DNA from: Caulobacteraceae bacterium
GTDB lineage: Bacteria > Pseudomonadota > Alphaproteobacteria > Caulobacterales > Caulobacteraceae
NCBI GenBank assembly: GCA_040399645.1
Contig: JBBARR010000001.1
Location: 91,559-155,558 of the forward strand
Length of the DNA stretch: 64,000 bases
Direction: 5' to 3'
Shown here: piece by piece, positions 33,338 to 42,400 of the stretch
How positions within the stretch are numbered: the stretch's first letter is position 1
Layout: each line of letters opens with the position of its first letter
The notes under the pieces: generated by a model
What the model was told of the DNA's origin: nothing
Seen by the model: only the letters and a program-made list of their open reading frames with translations
Databases searched by the model: none
Position numbers and translations under genes: made by a program

Positions 33338-35220
33338 GTGGGTCTCGGCCAGATCCTTTTCAAAAGATCCCCCTTTGGTCTGTCCGTCAGATCGCTCTGC
33401 TGATCTATATCCATGATCTGCTGATGGCGGCGGCAGCGATGGCGGTGGTACTTTTGGGCCGCTATCAGTTTGAGACCAAGGCCACGCCCTATGGCATGAT
33501 CTGGGAGTCGACCTTGGCCTTTGCCTTGGTCAGCGCCCTTGTCTTTCCGTTTTTCAAACTCCATCGCGGGGTTTGGCGGTTCACGGCACTGAATGACATT
33601 TGGCGCATTGCACAGGCCGCTGCCGCGACCAGTATCTTGGTTCTGCCCTTGCTGTTTTTAGTCAATAGGCTGGTTGATTTTCCGCGCTCAGCGCCGGTTC
33701 TGGTCATTGGTTTGGCCGCCCTGTTCATGAGTTTGGGGCGGGTCCTCGCCAGTGGATTGGCCAGCGGAGATGTTCGCGCCGCCCTGTCGCTTGAAGATCG
33801 CTCGGCACCGGCCATGGTGCTGGTTGGTACAGAACAGGATGCTGCAGATTTTCTTCGAGAGAACCGCCGCGCCGTGCTGCCGATGCGTATTGCCGGCCTT
33901 GTCACCCCCGACAACCGAGGCGCGGGCCGCACCATTGATGGTCGTCCCGTTTTAGGACCGCTGAGCCGGCTGACCTTTATTCTGCGTGGCCTGTCTGAGC
34001 GCGATGTCCAATTGCCTCAGGTCGTCGTTGTAGATCCAAGGCCCAGCCGCGCCTTGCTGGAGCAGATCGTAGCGGCTGCGGGTGAGGCAGGGGTTCGGGT
34101 AGCAAGGGCACGATCGATGGCCGGCGGAGCAGCCGGGCTTGCCCCGGTTCAGGCCGCAGACCTTCTTGGCCGTCCGCCCAGAGTGCTTGATCCGATCCGA
34201 GCCCTCGATTTGGTGGCGGGTAAGCGGGTCTTAGTGACAGGGGCGGGTGGGACCATTGGGTCTGAACTGACCCGGCAGATTCTCAACTATGGCCCAGAGC
34301 GAGTCATCCTGTTTGATGCTTCGGAATATAATCTCTACGCCATCGATCGCGAACTCACCGAATCGGGCATTGAGGTGCCATGGAGCGTGGAGCTTGGTGA
34401 CGTGCGCGATCAGGGCCGCTTGAGCGAACTGTTCGCCCGCGAACGGCCACAGGTCGTTGTCCATGCCGCTGCCCTCAAACATGTCCCGTTGATGGAGGCC
34501 AATCCGTCTGAAGCGGTTATGACCAATTTGGGCGGGGCGGTGCAGGTGGCGCGGCTCGCGCGGGACCTGTCCGAAGCCTTTGTGTTCATTTCCACCGACA
34601 AGGCGGTCAATCCCACCAACGTCATGGGCGCAACCAAGCGGGCGGCTGAACGGGCTATTCAGGCCCTGATGGTCGGTGGCAAGGCTAAGGCCGCCATTGT
34701 CCGGTTTGGTAATGTTTTGGGCTCTGCGGGCTCGGTGGTGCCCCTCTTTGAACGCCAGATCGCAGCCGGCGGACCCGTGACCCTGACCCACCCCGACATG
34801 GTCCGCTATTTCATGACCGTCCAGGAGGCTGCCGGTCTTGTGCTGCAGGCGGCGGCCTTGCCGCAGGATCCCGGTTCGGCGGCGGTCTATGTGCTGGATA
34901 TGGGAGAGCCGGTTCGGATTGAAGATTTGGCCCGGCGCATGATCCAGCTCCACGGTCTTCGGCCCGACAAGGATATTGTTTTGGCCCATACAGGTCTGCG
35001 GCCTGGCGAAAAACTCTATGAAGAGGTTTTCTACGCTGCCGAAGATGTCCGTCAGACGCTTGCGGATGGTGTGATGGCAGCCCGTACGGACCCCGCCCAA
35101 TGGTCTGACTTGCAAGAGGCCTTTCACAGTTTGATGGCGGCGGCCCAATCACGCAATGAGCAGGCGGTTATCGAGGGTCTGATGGGCCTGGAGCCGGGGT
35201 TCTGTCCCGATCCGCGATAG
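33334..35220 (+). CDS. Membrane-bound polysaccharide biosynthesis protein, CapD/PglF/WbpM-like NDP-sugar 4,6-dehydratase
   Basis: It has N-terminal TM helices and then a Rossmann domain (VLVTGAGGTIGSEL, STDKAVNPTNVMGATKR). An ATGA overlap couples it to the upstream gene. Confidence 0.9.
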   Translation: MSGSRPDPFQKIPLWSVRQIALLIYIHDLLMAAAAMAVVLLGRYQFETKATPYGMIWESTLAFALVSALVFPFFKLHRGVWRFTALNDIWRIAQAAAATSILVLPLLFLVNRLVDFPRSAPVLVIGLAALFMSLGRVLASGLASGDVRAALSLEDRSAPAMVLVGTEQDAADFLRENRRAVLPMRIAGLVTPDNRGAGRTIDGRPVLGPLSRLTFILRGLSERDVQLPQVVVVDPRPSRALLEQIVAAAGEAGVRVARARSMAGGAAGLAPVQAADLLGRPPRVLDPIRALDLVAGKRVLVTGAGGTIGSELTRQILNYGPERVILFDASEYNLYAIDRELTESGIEVPWSVELGDVRDQGRLSELFARERPQVVVHAAALKHVPLMEANPSEAVMTNLGGAVQVARLARDLSEAFVFISTDKAVNPTNVMGATKRAAERAIQALMVGGKAKAAIVRFGNVLGSAGSVVPLFERQIAAGGPVTLTHPDMVRYFMTVQEAAGLVLQAAALPQDPGSAAVYVLDMGEPVRIEDLARRMIQLHGLRPDKDIVLAHTGLRPGEKLYEEVFYAAEDVRQTLADGVMAARTDPAQWSDLQEAFHSLMAAAQSRNEQAVIEGLMGLEPGFCPDPR

Positions 35221-35300
35221 CCATAGTCTTAGGGTTCATTCTAAAGCCTGTCCGTGTTAGCAGGCGCGCAGTGATCCGCCCCTGACCAAAGGCCCTCGTC

Positions 35301-36911
35301 ATGTCCGCTCCAGCCTATCCCACTGCACCCGACCGCGCCAAGATTCGTCGCGCGCTCCTGTCTGTGTCGGACAAGACCGGATTGATTGAGGCCGCGAAGG
35401 CCCTTTCGGCCCTTGGGGTTGAGCTTGTATCGACTGGCGGAACACGTGCAGCGCTCGCGGCGGCGGGTTTGCAGGTCAAAGATGTTTCCGAGCTGACCGG
35501 TTTTGCTGAAATGATGGATGGCCGGGTCAAGACGCTCCACCCTGTTGTCCACGGCGGACTGCTCGGGGTTCGCGATGCGCCCGAGCACGCGAAGGCCATG
35601 GCGGACCACGGTATCGGCGGCATCGACCTGCTCTATGTTAATCTATACCCCTTTGAGGCCACCGTCGCGGGGGGTGGAGACTTTTCCACCTGTATCGAGA
35701 ATATTGATATTGGCGGTCCGGCAATGATCCGGTCCGCGGCTAAGAATCACGCCTATGTCTGTGTCTGCACCGCGCCGCAGGATATGGCGGAGGTCATTGC
35801 GGCCCTGCAGGCGGATGGCAGCACGGGCATGGACCTGCGCAAGAGTTTGGCCGCTCGCGCCTATGCCCGCACGGCGGCTTACGATGCCGCCATTTCAGGC
35901 TGGTTTGCCGAGCAATTGGGACAGACGAGTCCCCAGCGCAAGGTGATCGCCGGAACCTTGGCCCAGACCACGCGCTATGGCGAAAATCCGCATCAGTCGG
36001 CTGCTTTTTACACCTTCTCCAACCCGCGCACGGGCGTGGCGACCGCCAAGCAGTTGCAGGGCAAGGAGCTCAGCTACAACAATATCAATGACACAGACGC
36101 CGCCTTTGAACTGGTCGCTGAATTTCACCCCGCCGACGGTGCCGCTGTGGCCATTATCAAGCACGCCAATCCATGCGGGGTTGCGGTGGCCGGTGATCTA
36201 AAGACCGCCTATTTGAAAGCCCTGCAGTGCGACCCGGTTTCGGCCTTTGGCGGCATTGTCGCGGTCAATCGACGTCTTGACCTGGCAGCGGCGGAAGAGA
36301 TCGTCAAGATCTTCACCGAGGTGGTTATCGCGCCTGAGGCGGATGACGATGCTATCGCGCTGTTTGCATCCAAAAGGAACCTTCGACTTTTGGTCACCGG
36401 CGGTCTGCCTAATCCCAAGGCCAAGGGCGATATGTTCAAGTCCGTCGCAGGTGGTTTCTTGGTTCAAAGCCGTGACGATGCCCGCCTGACGGCTGCCGAC
36501 CTGACTGTGGTGACCAAGCGCGCGCCAACCGAGCAGGAAATTAAGGACATGGTCTTTGCTTTCACGGTGGCCAAACACGTCAAGTCCAATGCCGTGATCT
36601 TCGCTAAGGATGGCCAGACCGCAGGGATCGGTGCGGGGCAGATGAACCGCAAGGATTCGGCGCGAATTGCCGCCCTTCGCGCGGGTGAAGCCGCAGAGAT
36701 GGCGGGCTTGCCCCAGTCCTTGGCTCACAATTCCGCCTGCGCGTCAGATGCCTTCTTCCCCTTTGCGGACGGCCTCATCCAGGCCATCGAGGCGGGTGCG
36801 ACGGCGGTGATTCAGCCGGGCGGATCGATCCGCGATGACGAGGTCATTGCCGCTGCCGATGCGGCGGGCGTCGCTATGGTCTTCACAGGCGTGCGGGTGT
36901 TCCGCCACTAA
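35301..36911 (+). CDS. purH: Bifunctional AICAR transformylase / IMP cyclohydrolase
   Basis: It has [12 protein letters not shown]...GGTRAAL...[10 protein letters not shown]...VRVFRH. Confidence 0.97.
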   Translation: MSAPAYPTAPDRAKIRRALLSVSDKTGLIEAAKALSALGVELVSTGGTRAALAAAGLQVKDVSELTGFAEMMDGRVKTLHPVVHGGLLGVRDAPEHAKAMADHGIGGIDLLYVNLYPFEATVAGGGDFSTCIENIDIGGPAMIRSAAKNHAYVCVCTAPQDMAEVIAALQADGSTGMDLRKSLAARAYARTAAYDAAISGWFAEQLGQTSPQRKVIAGTLAQTTRYGENPHQSAAFYTFSNPRTGVATAKQLQGKELSYNNINDTDAAFELVAEFHPADGAAVAIIKHANPCGVAVAGDLKTAYLKALQCDPVSAFGGIVAVNRRLDLAAAEEIVKIFTEVVIAPEADDDAIALFASKRNLRLLVTGGLPNPKAKGDMFKSVAGGFLVQSRDDARLTAADLTVVTKRAPTEQEIKDMVFAFTVAKHVKSNAVIFAKDGQTAGIGAGQMNRKDSARIAALRAGEAAEMAGLPQSLAHNSACASDAFFPFADGLIQAIEAGATAVIQPGGSIRDDEVIAAADAAGVAMVFTGVRVFRH

Positions 36912-36946
36912 ACGCCCAAAAAGAGTTTTTTAAATTTCTCACCTAT

Positions 36947-36973
36947 TAAACTACCGACAACCCTTATCGATAA
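36947..36973 (+). promoter_or_regulatory. Candidate sigma28/FliA-type promoter upstream of flagellin (TAAA-N15-atCGATAA)
   Basis: TAAA lies at 36947-36950 and ATCGATAA at 36966-36973. The spacing is identical to the TAAAGTTT-N11-GCCGATAA consensus and the -10 matches 6 of 8. Confidence 0.3.
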
Positions 36974-37069
36974 TAGTGGTGATCGTCTGTTAGAACCTTT
37001 GGTCTGACGACGGGCAAAACGCCCCCGGTGCCAAAATGGAACCGGTCAACTCGATGAAGGAGTCTCGGT

Positions 37070-37909
37070 ATGGCGCTATACAGCGTTAATACGAACCGCG
37101 AGGCTATGATTGCGCTTCAGAATCTGAACGTAACAGGCGCGGAACTTGGTACCACACAAATGCGCATCTCGACCGGGCGTAAGGTCGATAGTGCGAAAGA
37201 TAATGGCTCCACTTGGGCGATTGCCCAATCGATGCGGGCCACCTCTACTTCTCTCAATGCCGTGAAAGATTCTCTACAGCGGGGGCAGTCGACACTCGAT
37301 GTTGCTCTGGCTGCGGGTTCGTCCGTTTCGGACCTGCTCTTGCAGATGAAGGAAAAGGCGCTCGGTGCCTCGGACACCACGCTTGATACTACGAGTCGCT
37401 CTGCCCTGAATGAAGACTTCAAGGCTCTGCGCGATCAGCTGGCCAAGACTGTTTCCAATGCCGACTTCAACGGCACCAACATGATCAAAACCGGCGGCAG
37501 CAATATTATGGCACTCGCCAATGCGACGGGAACCAGCAAGTTAACGGTAGTTGCGCAGTCTTTGGGGTTGGGCAGTGCAAACCTGACCGGTATTTTAAGT
37601 ACGTCGAGCATAGGGTCTAACACAGCGTCTACAGCCCAAGCTATGATTGCGACCGTCAATACTGCCATTGGCAAGGTTAGTACTGCCTTAGCTAAGATGG
37701 GTACAGGCTCTAAGGCGCTAGATCTGCATCTGTCCTTCATTATGAAGCTACAGGACACCTTAGATAATGGCGTGGGCAACCTCGTCGATGCCGATCTGGC
37801 GAAGGAAAGTGCCAAGCTCCAGTCGCTGCAAACGCGGCAACAGCTGGGTGTTCAGGCCCTGTCGATTGCCAATCAGTCTACCTCCGCCCTACTCGGCCTG
37901 TTCCGATAG
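37070..37909 (+). CDS. Flagellin (short Caulobacter-type, 279 aa)
   Basis: It runs MALYSVNTNREAMIALQNLN...RISTGRKVDSAKDNGSTWAIAQ...SLQRGQSTLDVALAAG...LQSLQTRQQLGVQALSIANQ. An AAGGAG Shine-Dalgarno lies upstream. Confidence 0.95.
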   Translation: MALYSVNTNREAMIALQNLNVTGAELGTTQMRISTGRKVDSAKDNGSTWAIAQSMRATSTSLNAVKDSLQRGQSTLDVALAAGSSVSDLLLQMKEKALGASDTTLDTTSRSALNEDFKALRDQLAKTVSNADFNGTNMIKTGGSNIMALANATGTSKLTVVAQSLGLGSANLTGILSTSSIGSNTASTAQAMIATVNTAIGKVSTALAKMGTGSKALDLHLSFIMKLQDTLDNGVGNLVDADLAKESAKLQSLQTRQQLGVQALSIANQSTSALLGLFR

Positions 37910-37935
37910 GGTTTAGCTCGCAGTAAGCGAACCTA

Positions 37936-37959
37936 CGGCGGGGGTCATGGCCCCCGCCG
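37936..37959. terminator. GC hairpin between convergent flagellin and LytTR genes
   Basis: CGGCGGGGG (37936-37944) pairs with CCCCCGCCG (37951-37959). There is no U tract on either side. Confidence 0.45.
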
Positions 37960-37977
37960 ATTAGGCCCCTTGCGGGG

Positions 37978-38790
37978 TTAGAACCAGCCGGCGTCTCGCA
38001 GGCCCGCAGCATAGCTGCGGCTAACCGGAACCCTTGTCCCATCCTTCAGGGTCAGGGTGGCGCGGCCGTCACCGCGCGCCGCTTCGATAATTCCTGCCTT
38101 GGCCACCCACCAAGAGCGGTGCGTTCGCGCGCCTTCAATACCCGCTAGCTCGCCAATGGCATCAGCCAAGCGCATCAGGATCAGGTCTGATCCTCGATCG
38201 GTGTGCAGGCGCAGATAATGGTCTTCGGCCTCGACGGCCAGCAGGTTTGCGCCCTTAAGCTTGGCTGGAAAGCGGCCCATAAACCGAACCGTCTCGGTAC
38301 GCCCCTCTGTCGAAGAGGTGGTCTGTTGGCGCTGTTCTGTTGCATAGTTCAGGGCCGTCATTGCGATGGTGATGATCAGGACCTGCGGCAGGTAAGTCAA
38401 AAGCGTCACCGTTTCGCCGGGACTTGGAAACAGCACCTTAGACGCGACATAGACCATTGCGGTGATCGGCCCTGTGATGAGGGTGACGATTAGCAGACCT
38501 TGAAGCCAAGGGCGTGTTTCGAGGATTTCAAACCTTTGGATCAGACTGATGGTTAAGGCTCCCATCGCGCTTCCACCGATCATGAGCCCCGCCCAATAGA
38601 CCAGACGCAGGGCAACTGGAGCGCCATCCGTGCCAAAGGCTCCGCAGAAGCAGAGAAAGAGGGCCGCGATGGCCCCAATGCCCAAGCCCCTGGCATTTCG
38701 CATCAACAACCTTGCCGTTGGCGAAGCGCCAATGGTGGTGCCTTCCAGTTGGCGAAGAGGCGGTGGTGATTGGCGAAGATCTGGCTGCAT
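37978..38790 (-). CDS. Membrane-anchored LytTR-domain DNA-binding protein (no receiver domain)
   Basis: About four N-terminal TM helices are followed by a C-terminal LytTR domain (LLAVEAEDHYLRLHTDRGSDLILMRLADAI...THRSWWV...LKDGTRVPVSRSY). The ATG at 38790 is preferred, since the 39000 start would overlap the divergent gene. An ATG at 38703 is also possible. Confidence 0.85.
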   Translation of the reverse strand: MQPDLRQSPPPLRQLEGTTIGASPTARLLMRNARGLGIGAIAALFLCFCGAFGTDGAPVALRLVYWAGLMIGGSAMGALTISLIQRFEILETRPWLQGLLIVTLITGPITAMVYVASKVLFPSPGETVTLLTYLPQVLIITIAMTALNYATEQRQQTTSSTEGRTETVRFMGRFPAKLKGANLLAVEAEDHYLRLHTDRGSDLILMRLADAIGELAGIEGARTHRSWWVAKAGIIEAARGDGRATLTLKDGTRVPVSRSYAAGLRDAGWF

Positions 38791-38845
38791 CGGCGGATCG
38801 GGCCTCTTAAGGTGGTAGCGACAGATTGACGAAAGAGGACCTAAC

Positions 38846-39358
38846 ATGATCGTTGAAGCGGGCAAGCGCCGCATACCACCCCTTTTCTTGAGCCTGGCCC
38901 TATTGGCCTTGTTTGTGGGCGCGGCGGCCCTAATCGGCTTGCCCAACTCCATGGGGCTGCACCGTCCAAGGCTGGACCTGTTGGTGGAGCAACCCCTCAA
39001 GGTTCAGGTCCACATTGGTGCCGCCCTCTTGGCCTTTAGCTTAGGGCTCGTGCTCTTTGCCGCGCCCAAGGGCACCTTGCCCCACCGGACCTTGGGGTGG
39101 ATTTGGGTGGTGTTCATGACCACCGTGGCGGCATCATCCCTGTTTATGACGGGCCTAAATGGGAATGCCTATTCCTGGATCCACATGCTGTCGGGCTATG
39201 TCCTGATCTCCTTGCCCGCCGGGGTCATTGCCGCGCGCCGCCATAAGGTTCTGGTGCATCAACGCACCATGACCGCCATGTTTCTCGGCGGCATGGTCAT
39301 TGCGGGAGCCTTCACCTTTTTTCCGGGCCGGTTAATGTGGCGCGTGATAATGGGATAG
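38846..39358 (+). CDS. Small polytopic membrane protein (possibly DUF2306-like)
   Basis: 170 aa with about four TM helices and conserved-looking His/Arg positions (LPHRTLGW, RRHKVLVHQRTM). It has an AGAGGA Shine-Dalgarno. The family assignment is tentative. Confidence 0.72.
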   Translation: MIVEAGKRRIPPLFLSLALLALFVGAAALIGLPNSMGLHRPRLDLLVEQPLKVQVHIGAALLAFSLGLVLFAAPKGTLPHRTLGWIWVVFMTTVAASSLFMTGLNGNAYSWIHMLSGYVLISLPAGVIAARRHKVLVHQRTMTAMFLGGMVIAGAFTFFPGRLMWRVIMG

Positions 39359-39432
39359 GGCTGAAGGCCTTGGTCTGGCCATGATTCGGGCCGACGAGAC
39401 GCCTTCGATGTTTAATCGGTACGCGTCACGCC

Positions 39433-42400
39433 ATGGCCAGTTCCATATTTCACGACCCGTCAGGTCAGCGCGCGCGTCGGGCCGGACTGGTTCTGGTCCT
39501 TGTTGTGTCTGGCATCTTAGCGGTCATTGCCGCCTTCTTCATGACCCTCGCGACAGCGCCACGCTTGCCAGACATGCAACTTCGTGACCCACGGGCCCTG
39601 TCGGCGCTGCACCGGGAGAATGTCCATAGTCTGAAGACCGAGCCCGGTTGGACCCGTGTGCCCCATCCGCACATGGCCACGCGCGGCGGTCAGGCCAAGC
39701 CCCTGACGGTTGGATTTTATGTCAGTTGGGATGAGCTTTCACGCCATTCCCTGACCGACCACCTGGCCCAACTGGATGTGGTAGCCCCGCAATGGATCGC
39801 ATTGAAAGACGCCAAGGGGGCGATAACCCTGACCGAGGACCCTCAGGCGACGGCCATGATCGCGGCTGCAGCCCATCGCCCGTCAGTTTTGCCCGTTTTG
39901 TTCAATGCCAAGAATATGGCCTTCAACGGCGAGATGGCCGACCGGCTCTTGGCCGATCCTGTGGCGCGCAAACGGATGGTTGCGCAGTTGGTCGATCTGG
40001 CCAAGCGCCGTGGCTATGGCGGCTATGTTTTCGATCTTGAGAACCTGTCGACTGCTGGCCTTAAAGCCTATCCCAGCTTTGTCGCCCAAGCCGTTGCGGC
40101 ATTGCGTCCGTTAGGCCGAGAGGTCTGGGTCACCGCCCCAATGGACGATCCCGAATGGCCCCTCGCCAAGCTGCAAAAGGCCTCCGATAGTCTGATGCTG
40201 ATGGCTTATGACGAGCATTGGCTGACCGGTGATCCTGGGCCTGTGGCCGGGCAGGACTGGTATCAGTCCCATATGGCCGAGAGCTTTAGGGTTCTTGATC
40301 CCGCCAAAACCATGATGATCCTTGGGGCCTATGGTTATGACTGGACCCTCGCCTCTGGTACCAGCAAGGGCCGGGCTGATGTGCTGACCTTCCATGAGGC
40401 ATCCGTTCTAGCCCGCGACGCGGGCGCGGATGTGCGCATGGATCATGCCTCGCTCAATCCGGGCTTTGCCTATCAAGATGACCAAAAGCAGCAGCATGCG
40501 GTCTGGTTCTTGGATGCCCCGACCCTTTTCAACCAAATCAAGGTCGCCGACGCTTGGCATCCTCGGGCCTACGGGGTTTGGCGGCTCGGTTCTGAGGACC
40601 CTGGTATTTGGCCGCTCTTAGGCAAGCCCTATGGGACCGCGTCGTCAGTGGGTCTGACCAAAATGGGGCCGGGTGAGGGCGTTGATTTTGATGGCACGGG
40701 TGAGGTTTTGTATGTTGCCTCGACGCCGTCGGCAGGCAAGCGGTCCTTCACGGTTGATCCCACCCGCGGCCTGATCGTCGACCAGCATTATGAGGTATTG
40801 CCATCATCCTATGAGATTAAACGCTATGGGGCCCATCCGGGGCTTGTCGCCTTGACCTTTGACGATGGTCCAGATCCCCGCTGGACACCGGATATTCTCG
40901 ATATCCTGAAAGAAAAGAAGGCGCCAGCGACCTTCTTTATCATTGGCGAGAACATGCAAACCTGGCCGGATCTGGTGCAGCGCGAGCTGGATGAGGGCCA
41001 TATGGTGGGCAGTCACACCTATACCCATCCCAATATTGGCGAGATTTCTGCCGTTCAGACGACCCTCGAACTCAATGTCACCCAGCGCCTGTTCGAAACG
41101 CTGACCGGCCGATCCATGCGTCTGTTCCGCCCGCCCTTTTTTGGCGACGCCGAGCCTTCAACGCCGCGTGAGGTGGCTCCGATTCTAGCGGCTCAAAAAC
41201 AGGGCTATCTGACGGTCGGCCTTCGGATTGACCCCGATGATTGGCAAAAGCCTGATGCCACGCTGATCGTTGAGCGGACCTTGGCGCGGCTAGCGGATGA
41301 AAATCCAGAGACGGGCGGGCAGGTGGTCTTACTGCACGATTCTGGCGGCAATCGGGAGCACACGGTCGCGGCCCTTCCCAAGCTGATCGATGCCCTTCGC
41401 GCCCATGGTTATCGGCTGGTCACGGTCTCAGAGTTGGCAGGACTGTCGCCAAGGCTAGCCATGCCGCCGACCACGCGCGGTGACCTTGATATAACGCTAG
41501 ATCGTTGGGGGTTTGGATTTTTTCGCATCGTAAATGCGTTTCTGCGCGTTCTATTCATTACCGCCATCGCCCTTGGTGTGGCGCGCTTGGCCTTCTTGGC
41601 GAGCCTTTCTTTGGTGCATCGGTTTGCGGTCGAGGTACGCACGCCGCCAGAGCTCGACCCAACCACAGGGCCGATGGTCACGGTCTTGATTCCTTGTTTC
41701 AACGAGGAAAAGGTCATTGTGAATTCCGTGGGTCAAATCCTCGCCTCCAACTGGAGCCAGATGGAGGTGATCGTCCTCGATGACGGATCTAAAGATCGCA
41801 CGGCGGCTTTGGTCATGGAGGCCTTTAAGGACCATCCGCAGGTTCGCCTGATGAGCTTTGAGAATGGTGGAAAGGCGCTGGCCTTGAACCGAGGCCTCGT
41901 CGAGGCCAAGGGCGATATTATCGTGGCGCTGGATGCCGATACGCTCTTTGCGCCTGAAGCCTTAGGTCGTCTCGCACGCTGGTTTGTCGATCCGCAGATT
42001 GGCGCGGTGGCGGGCAATGCCTTGGTCGGCAATCGGCTCAACCTGATTACCCGTTGGCAGGCGCTAGAATATGTCACAGCGCAAAATCTTGAACGACGCG
42101 CGCTGGCGGCGCTGGGTGCCGTGACGGTGGTGCCGGGCGCAGTTGGGGCGTGGCGTAAGTCGGCCCTGATTGATCTGGGTGGCTATCCGCCCAACACGCT
42201 GGCTGAAGATCAGGATCTGACCATCGCCGTTCAGCGTGCCGGTTGGGACGTCGCTTTTGATCCCGACGCGCGGGCCTATACAGAGGCCCCCGATACGGTG
42301 GCGGGCCTGCTCAAGCAGCGGTTTCGCTGGTCCTTCGGCACCTTGCAATGTCTATGGAAACATCGCGACGGCCTATTTAGCTTCAAGTCTCCGGTTCTGG

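Noticed and set aside
35221-35300. ZTP (pfl) riboswitch upstream of purH.
   Set aside because: Only 80 nt are available. Neither the GACUGGCG-type 5' subdomain nor the CCGCCUGGGC 3' pseudoknot sequence is present; only CCGCCCCUGACC occurs.
36912-37069. Sigma54 (GG-N10-GC) promoter for the flagellin gene.
   Set aside because: I checked every GG dinucleotide in the region and none is followed by GC at the required spacing. TGGCAC occurs only on the opposite strand (37028-37033).
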